A DNA stretch of 16,264 nucleotides from a virus. A program made the position numbers and the translations under genes. The stretch lies in the UHGV virus genome UHGV-0349264; one strand, 5' to 3'. The notes below the pieces were generated by a model. That model was not told the DNA's origin. It made no database searches and saw only the letters and a program-made list of their open reading frames with translations. This document shows positions 7,576 to 13,403 of this stretch, piece by piece. Each line of letters opens with the position of its first letter. Position 1 is the stretch's first letter.

Positions 7576-8393
7576 GCAATCCCCCTGTCTGCAAACTTCC
7601 CTTCCCGAACTCCCGTTAACGAATCTTCTCTCAGCAAGTAATCAAAATCAGCCGTCCAGCCCGTGTCGTTGTCTCCGAAGTAAAACGGCTTGGCCTGATG
7701 TACAAACGCCCTGACATACGCTCTGAAACCGTCCACGTTTGGCGTTTTCAGTTGTGGGATGATTTTCTTCAGGCGGCGTTTGCGTTTCTCGTTGACCGCA
7801 ACAGCGTGTGGAAGTCTGTCACCGACTTCGGTGTTGTAGGCGTTCAGGAAGGATTCGTAGTCGATTCGTTCTGCCTTGCGACGTTCAGGTTTAACCTGCC
7901 CATCGCCGCCCCCGTTAGGGGGTAAGGGGGTATTTGTATTTATTGTCTTTTGTATATTGTCTTTTGTGTTTAGCTGACTTGGCTTATACCCATTAGCCGA
8001 CTTGGCTAATGTTTTATTAGCTGTTTTAGCTAATGTTAAGCTGTCCTGGCTAATCCACTGCGAAACCACCTTGTTCACTCCGATTTTCACGCCATCAGCA
8101 ATGAGGAATTTACGCTCAATAAGCTGGCGCTTGGCAGCGCAAACATGAGTGTGATGAATACCTGTCATGGCTGCTATCTGCGTGTTTGTGAGTCGATCCA
8201 TCGGCTTATTGAATCCGTATGTCTTGCGCATGATAGCGAGCATCACCTTCAACTGCCGGACGGTTAAATCAGCCATCAGCAGACTGTCGGTAATCTCGTT
8301 AGCAACGCGCATGAAACCATCTTCGGTATCTGCCACGCGATGCTCCACGACCTCCAGTTGAGGCCTGTAATCAGCTAACTTAACGACGCCCAT
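7572..8393 (-). CDS. O: Replication initiator, lambda O-like (replisome organizer)
   Basis: 273-aa ORF immediately upstream of and overlapping the helicase. The N-terminal domain resembles phage O proteins, the central low-complexity linker is encoded by the iteron array, and the C-terminal domain is non-lambda. Confidence 0.85.
   Translation of the reverse strand: MGVVKLADYRPQLEVVEHRVADTEDGFMRVANEITDSLLMADLTVRQLKVMLAIMRKTYGFNKPMDRLTNTQIAAMTGIHHTHVCAAKRQLIERKFLIADGVKIGVNKVVSQWISQDSLTLAKTANKTLAKSANGYKPSQLNTKDNIQKTINTNTPLPPNGGGDGQVKPERRKAERIDYESFLNAYNTEVGDRLPHAVAVNEKRKRRLKKIIPQLKTPNVDGFRAYVRAFVHQAKPFYFGDNDTGWTADFDYLLREDSLTGVREGKFADRGIA
7928..8054 (-). repeat. Replication origin inside the O gene: four ~16-bp iterons plus adjacent AT-rich region
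   Basis: Direct repeats AGCTGACTTGGCTTAT (7972), AGCCGACTTGGCTAAT (7995), AGCTGTTTTAGCTAAT (8019), AGCTGTCCTGGCTAAT (8039), followed in the O direction by an AT-rich tract (7928-7970, tatttgtatttattgtcttttgtatattgtcttttgtg). Confidence 0.65.
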
Positions 8394-8541
8394 GTTTCAC
8401 TCCTGCTTTGGCTAGTCTGTAAACACCAACAAGGCGCTCTGCGAACGCCCTGTTATTTGCTGCGGCTACCACTAATCCCTCAGGTGAATCAGGGTGTCGA
8501 ATCTCTTCTTTTTCCTGGTATTTCTTACGACGTTTTGTCAT
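8380..8541 (-). CDS. Small basic hypothetical protein (53 aa) between cII and O
   Basis: Hand-translated: [61 protein letters not shown] sits 5 nt upstream of the ATG, and the stop overlaps the O start. Below the ORF-track size cutoff. Confidence 0.3.
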   Translation of the reverse strand: MTKRRKKYQEKEEIRHPDSPEGLVVAAANNRAFAERLVGVYRLAKAGVKHGRR

Positions 8542-8573
8542 AATTACTCCTGTGGATTGATCCAGTAATTCCC

Positions 8574-8870
8574 TCAGAATTGCATATCAATTTGCTTAAA
8601 ATCCTCGGTGGCAGCCGGGGATTTTTTCTTTGTGATTTCATCAAGCGCATACTTAAAAGCCCTGCTAATCGGACTGATGTCTGATGCCATTCCGAAAGCA
8701 CACAAGACCGAAGCAATAAACCGCCAGTCCGTTCTGCTTATCTTCGATTCATGACAGCCAATCATCTTTGCCAGACCGCGCTGTGTAAGCGTTGACAGGT
8801 TGATGAGTAAATCTGTTTCTGCGCGATCAACGTCGCGCTGTGATAGTTTGCTGTAACTTGTTCGTTCCAT
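8574..8870 (-). CDS. cII: CII-like transcriptional activator
   Basis: 98-aa ORF after cro. HTH region LTQRGLAKMIGCHESKISR and C-terminus KKKSPAATEDFKQIDMQF resemble lambda CII (..KKRPAATERSEQIQMEF) as recalled. Confidence 0.8.
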   Translation of the reverse strand: MERTSYSKLSQRDVDRAETDLLINLSTLTQRGLAKMIGCHESKISRTDWRFIASVLCAFGMASDISPISRAFKYALDEITKKKSPAATEDFKQIDMQF

Positions 8871-8955
8871 TTCTTAAGATTTCCAATAGTGAATAGTTAG
8901 TTGAAAGGTATGCGTGGAAACGCATATGGCCTTAGTTGGTCAGATATCTTGGGAC

Positions 8956-9001
8956 TCGCTTTTCAGCGACGTAGGACGAATGTCCGTTATTACAAAGAGC
9001 G
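8956..9001 (-). promoter_or_regulatory. Candidate nutR (boxA-like CGCTCTTTG and boxB-like hairpin UCGC-UGAAAA-GCGA)
   Basis: Minus strand between cro and cII: CGCTCTTTG at 9001..8993, then a stem-loop tcgctgaaaagcga at 8969..8956. Same boxA/boxB spacing and GAAAA-type loop as the nutL candidate. Confidence 0.4.
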
Positions 9002-9011
9002 GCTCCGCTTA

Positions 9012-9227
9012 TTAAGCGGCTTTGTGCTCCGGCGGGAACACGTCATCAAGACTTACTTTTGCGCCTAACTTGTTTAGACACGCAACAAGAGCACGGCATG
9101 TTTTAAGGTCTGGGAAGCGACGACCAGATTCCCAATGTCCGATAGCTCCCTGTGTGCATCCAACTGCCTTAGCAAGTGTTGTTTGAGAGATATTCAGTGA
9201 CTCTCGATATTTTCGTAGGTTGCTCAT
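9012..9227 (-). CDS. cro: Cro-like repressor (XRE-family HTH)
   Basis: 71-aa ORF divergent from cI, with RBS GGAGG. HTH ISQTTLAKAVGCTQGAIGHWESGRRFP shares a TQGxIGHW signature with the cI N-terminus. Confidence 0.8.
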   Translation of the reverse strand: MSNLRKYRESLNISQTTLAKAVGCTQGAIGHWESGRRFPDLKTCRALVACLNKLGAKVSLDDVFPPEHKAA

Positions 9228-9252
9228 ATGCCCTCCATAGTAACCACGAATA

Positions 9253-9282
9253 AAAAATACAATATGTACTTCTCAAATACAA
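9253..9282 (-). promoter_or_regulatory. Candidate PR promoter (-35 TTGTAT, 17-nt spacer, -10 TATTTT) with overlapping operator
   Basis: Minus strand: TTGTAT-ttgagaagtacatattg-TATTTT, about 25 nt upstream of the cro RBS. The 15-mer AGTACATATTGTATT (plus 9256-9270) overlaps the -10. Confidence 0.5.
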
Positions 9283-9337
9283 GTAAAAATACACATTGTG
9301 CATGGATGGTTCCAGTACAGAGCGTAATAATAAGGAC

Positions 9338-9997
9338 ATGAAAATGAAATGGTATGAACTGGCTAGATCCAGAATGAAAGAGCTCGGCATAACTCAAGAG
9401 AAGTTAGCCGAAGAGCTAGGTATGACGCAGGGTGGAATTGGACACTGGTTGCGCGGATCTCGTCATCCATCTCTTAGTGATATTGGTGTGGTGTTTAAAT
9501 ACCTTGGTATTGATAACATATCATTCAACCACGACGGGACATTTTCACCTGTTGGCGAATACTCATCGGCCCCAGTTAAAAAACAATATGAGTACCCTGT
9601 TTTTTCTCATGTTCAGGCTGGGATGTTCTCTCCAGAACTCAGAACCTTTACCAAAGGTGATGCGGAGAGATTGGTAAGCACAACCAAAAAAGCCAGTGAC
9701 TCTGCATTCTGGCTTGAGGTTGAAGGTAACTCAATGACCGCACCAACAGGTTCCAAACCTAGTTTTCCTGACGGGATGTTAATTCTGGTTGACCCTGAGC
9801 AAGCTGTTGAGCCCGGCGATTTCTGCATAGCCAGACTTGGTGGTGATGAATTTACCTTCAAGAAACTGATCAGGGATAGCGGTCAGGTGTTTCTACAACC
9901 ACTAAACCCGCAATATCCAATGATCCCATGCAATGAGAGTTGTTCCGTTGTGGGGAAAGTTATCGCCAGCCAATGGCCTGAAGAGACGTTTGGGTAA
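9338..9997 (+). CDS. cI: CI-type prophage repressor (HTH N-terminal domain plus S24/LexA-like C-terminal domain)
   Basis: The C-terminal ~135 aa (..[85 protein letters not shown]) match lambda CI as recalled; the N-terminal ~85 aa do not. Start placed at ATG 9338 (or 9344) after RBS AAGGA; the track ORF begins further upstream at 9296. Confidence 0.9.
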   Translation: MKMKWYELARSRMKELGITQEKLAEELGMTQGGIGHWLRGSRHPSLSDIGVVFKYLGIDNISFNHDGTFSPVGEYSSAPVKKQYEYPVFSHVQAGMFSPELRTFTKGDAERLVSTTKKASDSAFWLEVEGNSMTAPTGSKPSFPDGMLILVDPEQAVEPGDFCIARLGGDEFTFKKLIRDSGQVFLQPLNPQYPMIPCNESCSVVGKVIASQWPEETFG

Positions 9998-10370
9998 AGA
10001 GGATAGATGGAGTTTAATGGCCATGAGTATCAAGCGGTCAAAAAGAAGTTCATCTATTCATTGAAAGCATAAGGCCATCTGAGTATATCCGTAATGATCT
10101 GGATATTGTCTATAACATCAATGACCGGACGATAGATATCGGTGAGCAGCGTCCTGTATGGCAGGGTGAGGCAGGTGAAAAAACGTCCTGCCATCAACAA
10201 GAATCAAGTGCATCCGCTCTCTGGACAGATGGAAAATTTATTGGATGCAAAAAGATATGAAATAACACCTGTATAGCACGGAGCTTTCTCTGACCGATGC
10301 ACTTGAAGTTGTTAGGGCTGACCCAGCCTGCTGTTTCTTTAGGTAAGAGAAAAGAGATTTAGGAGATGAA

Positions 10371-10398
10371 AGGTCGCAGAGGTGCGGCCTTTTTTATT
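10371..10398 (+). terminator. Intrinsic terminator downstream of cI
   Basis: AGGTCGCA-gagg-TGCGGCCT (8-bp stem including one G-U pair) followed by TTTTTTATT. Confidence 0.65.
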
Positions 10399-10437
10399 GA
10401 GAGTGGATCTTGAACGGAAATTCTCAAGACTTGAGTC

Positions 10438-10466
10438 TTGCATGCAAATCAATTCCTGGATAAACT
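10438..10466 (+). promoter_or_regulatory. Candidate sigma70 promoter for the 173-aa gene (-35 TTGCAT, 17-nt spacer, -10 TAAACT), overlapped by dyad-symmetric elements
   Basis: TTGCAT-gcaaatcaattcctgga-TAAACT about 33 nt upstream of the ATG. Overlapping palindromes CAAGACTtgAGTCTTG (10425-10440) and TCTTGA..TCAAGA (10408-10429). Confidence 0.45.
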
Positions 10467-10498
10467 CGATCTGAGTCAATAACTTAGAGAGAGAGCAA

Positions 10499-11020
10499 AT
10501 GGCAAAGTCAAACGTTAGCGTGCAGGCATTCAAGGACTTCCTTGAAGAGCTTATGTCGCTGAACATAATGAAGGAGGCCACCGCTCGAAATTTAAAAAAC
10601 TCATCCGCTCGCCTCTTAACGGTAGTCCAAGAAGAGGAAATGGGTGATGTTACTCAGCTTGATGTGAATGAGCTTGCCGAGCGATACATCAACGCAACTG
10701 AGCCGAAGCCTAGCGACAGCAGCATTACTGCATATAAAAGCCGCATGGAAAGTGCAATCAAAAAGTTTGTAGCTTTCCAGTCTGGTGAAGAAATCCCATA
10801 CACTCCGATTGACAAAGAATCCAGTGAGGAAAAAGATTTGACTGGCGAACCAACAAAAGTCGAAGGCAAGGCTAATGCACTTCATACCTATGATCTTCCA
10901 GTAGTTCTTCGACCTGAATCAGGGGTTACAGTAACGATTAAAGGCATTCCTAACGATATCACAAACGAAGAAGCCGAACGCATCTCTTCAATTCTGAAGG
11001 TTTACGTTCGGCCTCAATAA
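10499..11020 (+). CDS. Hypothetical 173-aa acidic protein in the cI-pL moron (rex) slot
   Basis: Clean ORF with no significant overlapping ORF of known function, its own promoter and upstream terminator, and an AG-rich RBS region. No motif I can recognise; hydrophilic, no TM segment. Confidence 0.75.
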   Translation: MAKSNVSVQAFKDFLEELMSLNIMKEATARNLKNSSARLLTVVQEEEMGDVTQLDVNELAERYINATEPKPSDSSITAYKSRMESAIKKFVAFQSGEEIPYTPIDKESSEEKDLTGEPTKVEGKANALHTYDLPVVLRPESGVTVTIKGIPNDITNEEAERISSILKVYVRPQ

Positions 11021-11193
11021 TGCAAAAGCATTCAGCACAATGTCCAACTCCCCAGTCCGACATTGATGCTGTTTAACCAGAGCCTCCAAAAGGAGCCCTT
11101 GTTAAGGTACACAATATTTGCGATGTAACCTTAGCGCGTCTGGTACATTTTTTCAAGCGGTTGTAGGGCTGCCGCCAATATGAGAAAACACAG

Positions 11194-11316
11194 ATGTCTA
11201 CATACAATTTGAATGACCAATTCGATCGAGAAGTTCATGTGAATGCCTATGAACGGATAAGGCATGGAAATCTTGAACATGTGTGTGAGCATTATCGCTC
11301 AAGGCCACACCGCTAA
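11194..11316 (+). CDS. Possible 40-aa ORF ending 5 nt before an intrinsic terminator
   Basis: Hand-translated MSTYNLNDQFDREVHVNAYERIRHGNLEHVCEHYRSRPHR. Weak RBS; it may be non-coding. Confidence 0.2.
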   Translation: MSTYNLNDQFDREVHVNAYERIRHGNLEHVCEHYRSRPHR

Positions 11317-11321
11317 TCATC

Positions 11322-11350
11322 AACCCGGCCTCCATGCCGGGTTTTCTTTT
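11322..11350 (+). terminator. Intrinsic terminator closing the moron transcription unit
   Basis: AACCCGGC-ctccat-GCCGGGTT followed by TTCTTTT. Confidence 0.6.
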
Positions 11351-11531
11351 CCTCTCGCCCCAAAAAAACACATAACCAATTGTATTTATTGGAAAATAAA
11401 TAGATACAACTCACTAAACAACGCAATTCTGATCTCTCCTTACATCGCCGAGGCAATACACCCACGCTAAAAAACAATACTATTAAATACAAAGCGTTGT
11501 AAAAAACCGCCCCGTTTTAGAACAAATTGTA

Positions 11532-11560
11532 TTGACCAAGTGGAGTACATATCGTACTAT
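11532..11560 (+). promoter_or_regulatory. Candidate pL promoter (-35 TTGACC, 17-nt spacer, -10 TACTAT) with overlapping operator
   Basis: TTGACC-aagtggagtacatatcg-TACTAT. The 15-mer AGTACATATCGTACT (11544-11558) matches the OR 15-mer at 13 of 15 positions and overlaps the -10. Confidence 0.5.
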
Positions 11561-11606
11561 TTAACCATCAGCAGGACGCTGGAAGCCAAATGGAACAGAC
11601 TGGCAG

Positions 11607-11651
11607 GCTCTTTAAACAACGTCGACTCTCGACTACGTGGCTGAAAAGCCA
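11607..11651 (+). promoter_or_regulatory. Candidate nutL (boxA GCTCTTTAA and boxB hairpin UGGC-UGAAAA-GCCA)
   Basis: GCTCTTTAAACAA at 11607, then stem-loop tggctgaaaagcca at 11638-11651, between pL and N. Confidence 0.5.
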
Positions 11652-11749
11652 GATCACCCAACCACATAAGCTGTGGGATGCAATGCCGAAGCAACCGTCT
11701 CAGGAGGAGCTTCGAGATTGCATCGCCAAAGTTTATTCGGGAGGAATCT

Positions 11750-12022
11750 ATGTCCAGAAAAACAGAATTTAAAGGCACCGCAGCTTCTCGCCGTAGAGCT
11801 CGTCGCGCAAACCTGCAAAGTCAGGAGGCGATTAGCTCCGACAAACTACACAGGCCAACCCCATCACGAGTGGTCTTACAATGCAAACGCAAACCAGCAA
11901 TGAGAGCAGAAGTAATAACACTGACAACGTTGACCAGAAAATATGAAGGCTCAACTTGTCTTCCAAATGTAGCTCTTTACGCGGCAGGCTACCGTAAATC
12001 CAAACAACTGACAGCAAGATGA
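11750..12022 (+). CDS. N: N-type transcription antiterminator, P22 gene 24-like
   Basis: 90-aa product from the internal ATG after RBS GGGAGGAA. It has an N-terminal arginine-rich motif (TAASRRRARRANLQ) and a C-terminus LPNVALYAAGYRKSKQLTAR resembling P22 N (..LPGVALYAAGHRKSKQITAR) as recalled. Confidence 0.85.
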   Translation: MSRKTEFKGTAASRRRARRANLQSQEAISSDKLHRPTPSRVVLQCKRKPAMRAEVITLTTLTRKYEGSTCLPNVALYAAGYRKSKQLTAR

Positions 12023-12080
12023 CTTGTGTTGGTCGCCAGAAAATGAAATTAGGCAGCAAACCACTTATTTGAGGTGATAT

Positions 12081-12167
12081 ATGGAAGAAGAATTTGAAGA
12101 GTTCGAAGAGCATCCTCAGGATGTGATGGAACAATACCAGGACTACCCTTATGACTACGACTATTGA
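12081..12167 (+). CDS. Possible 28-aa highly acidic peptide
   Basis: Strong RBS GAGGTGA 4 nt upstream of the ATG. Hand-translated MEEEFEEFEEHPQDVMEQYQDYPYDYDY. It overlaps the start of the next ORF, so only one of the two may be real. Confidence 0.25.
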   Translation: MEEEFEEFEEHPQDVMEQYQDYPYDYDY

Positions 12168-12351
12168 TAAGAATCAATGGTGTGGACAATTCAAGCGATG
12201 CAATGGATGCAAGCTGCAATCGGAATGCATGGTTAAGCCTGAAGAAATGTTTCCTGTAATGGAAGATGGGAAATATGTCGATAAATGGGCAATACGAACG
12301 ACGGCAATGATTGCCAGAGAACTTGGTAAACAGAACAACAAGGCTGCCTGA
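12151..12351 (+). CDS. Small Cys-rich (zinc-ribbon-like) hypothetical protein
   Basis: 66-aa ORF with Cys spacing C-x5-C-x2-C-x5-C (WCGQFKRCNGCKLQSEC), lying in the early-left operon after N. Confidence 0.5.
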   Translation: MTTTIDKNQWCGQFKRCNGCKLQSECMVKPEEMFPVMEDGKYVDKWAIRTTAMIARELGKQNNKAA

Positions 12352-12378
12352 TGGTGGCCTTTATTTTTAAGGAGCTAT

Positions 12379-12621
12379 ATGAAAATTAAAACTATGGCAG
12401 CAAGCCCATTAAGCGGTCGTATTTTTCAAGGAACATTAAACACTGAAAAAGGAATGTGGGTAGGAAAGAAAGAAGATGTCACCGAACAAGCGATTAAGGC
12501 AGTAACTGAACACCTGATGATAAAAGACCGGAAATATGCATACGAAACGAATGATGGCAAATGGGTGATAATAATGCATCAACTGGTTGATGAATTACCA
12601 GAAGAGTTTATTGCTGATTAA
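12379..12621 (+). CDS. Hypothetical 80-aa protein
   Basis: Clean ORF with strong RBS AAGGAG 5 nt upstream. Function unknown. Confidence 0.65.
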   Translation: MKIKTMAASPLSGRIFQGTLNTEKGMWVGKKEDVTEQAIKAVTEHLMIKDRKYAYETNDGKWVIIMHQLVDELPEEFIAD

Positions 12622-12749
12622 AATTATTTTGGCATAAACAACAGAATAAACACTGCACTGTGTATTCATTCCAACGAGTGAATACACGGAGCAATGTCGC
12701 TCGTAACTAAACAGGAGCCGACTTGTTCTGATTATTGGAAATCTTCTTT

Positions 12750-12776
12750 GCCCTCCAGTGTGAGGGCCTTTTTATA
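12750..12776 (+). terminator. Intrinsic terminator within the pL operon (tL1-like position)
   Basis: GCCCTC-cagtgt-GAGGGC followed by CTTTTTATAT. Confidence 0.5.
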
Positions 12777-12839
12777 TGCATACCAATAACGCTTCACTTG
12801 AGGCGTTTTCGTTATGCAATCAAACAGAAGGAGCATCCT

Positions 12840-13010
12840 ATGCAACAGTTCGCTATTGCAGGGGCGGCATCGGTTCGCCCTTTCAACCCGATTTTATCGG
12901 TACAGCATTCACGAAAAAATATTTTAACCGGAGCAGACTTTAAACAACCAAGAATGAAAAGTTTGCTCGAAAAGCTTTGGGATATTTTGAAACAACAAGG
13001 CCGTCCATGA
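12840..13010 (+). CDS. cIII: CIII-like small protein (putative FtsH inhibitor)
   Basis: 56-aa product from the internal ATG after RBS AAGGAG. MQQFAIAGAAS... and ..LLEKLWDILKQQG resemble lambda CIII (MQYAIAGWP...WKRLIDILNQPG) as recalled. Confidence 0.55.
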   Translation: MQQFAIAGAASVRPFNPILSVQHSRKNILTGADFKQPRMKSLLEKLWDILKQQGRP

Positions 13011-13120
13011 GTTTTACAGATAACTGGTCAGACGAAGAATTCATTCGTCAGATGAACAAAATGCTCAATCAGCACAAAGAACAGGAGAAAGATGATGATT
13101 CTGACTCTGAATGATAAGCG
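13007..13120 (+). CDS. Possible 37-aa acidic peptide
   Basis: ATGA start/stop overlap with the cIII-like gene. Hand-translated MSFTDNWSDEEFIRQMNKMLNQHKEQEKDDDSDSE. Confidence 0.3.
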
Positions 13121-13403
13121 TGAAATATCGCAAATAATCGCAAGTTTTACTGATGAAGATTACGAACGAATCAACAGTGAAGTTGATCGCCTCTGCAAAC
13201 GTTGCGACCCAATAAGCGAAATGCTTCGCTCATATAAACCAGATGAACACACTAAGGACGCTGTCGACTGGCTGGAAGATGATGACTGTAACTATCAGGA
13301 AAAAGCCGCTGAATGGTTCTGGGATGCAATAACCGAAAGAGTTAAGGCTGAATATGCCTTCGCAATATTCAAACGCAGACATATTTATGGAGAAGCAGCA
13401 TGA
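13092..13403 (+). CDS. Hypothetical 103-aa acidic protein immediately upstream of, and coupled to, recT
   Basis: Clean ORF whose stop overlaps the recT start (ATGA). Contains CKRC and DDDC motifs. Function unknown. Confidence 0.6.
   Translation: MMILTLNDKREISQIIASFTDEDYERINSEVDRLCKRCDPISEMLRSYKPDEHTKDAVDWLEDDDCNYQEKAAEWFWDAITERVKAEYAFAIFKRRHIYGEAA

Noticed and set aside
7698-8361. Plus-strand ORFs of 75 and 64 aa
   Set aside because: They are antisense to the O-like gene.
8525-8716. 63-aa minus-strand ORF
   Set aside because: It is an alternative frame overlapping the cII-like gene.
9005-9019. Palindrome CCGCTT-att-AAGCGG at the cro stop codon as an intrinsic terminator (tR1)
   Set aside because: It has no U-tract on the minus strand downstream. 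If this is tR1 it is more likely rho-dependent as in lambda, and it cannot be supported as an intrinsic terminator from sequence alone.
9169-9390. 73-aa minus-strand ORF spanning the cro start and the PR/PRM region
   Set aside because: It would run through the operator/promoter region and overlap both cro and cI, and it is AT-rich and low-complexity.
9432-9861. ORFs of 81 aa (plus) and 82 aa (minus)
   Set aside because: They are alternative-frame or antisense ORFs within cI.
10007-10072. 21-aa ORF with a good RBS immediately after the cI stop
   Set aside because: It is too short to call and could be a remnant of a former downstream gene. It is noted but not annotated.
10339-10581. 80-aa minus-strand ORF
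   Set aside because: It covers the plus-strand terminator, promoter and start of the 173-aa gene, and a chance ORF is more likely.
10616-10885. Minus-strand ORFs of 89 and 71 aa
   Set aside because: They are antisense within the 173-aa gene.
11264-11470. 68-aa plus-strand ORF
   Set aside because: It reads straight through the intrinsic terminator hairpin at 11322-11350 into AT-rich sequence and has no RBS.
11557-11903. ORFs around nutL and N (73 aa minus, 60 aa plus, 76 aa plus)
   Set aside because: They overlap the pL leader and nutL or are alternative frames of N. The N frame with the arginine-rich motif and P22-like C-terminus is the supported one.
11832-12134. 100-aa minus-strand ORF
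   Set aside because: It is antisense to N and to the start of the downstream genes.
12735-12839. N-terminal extension of the cIII-like ORF
   Set aside because: The extension overlaps the intrinsic terminator at 12750-12776 and lacks an RBS, whereas the internal ATG at 12840 has AAGGAG and the product then matches CIII length.
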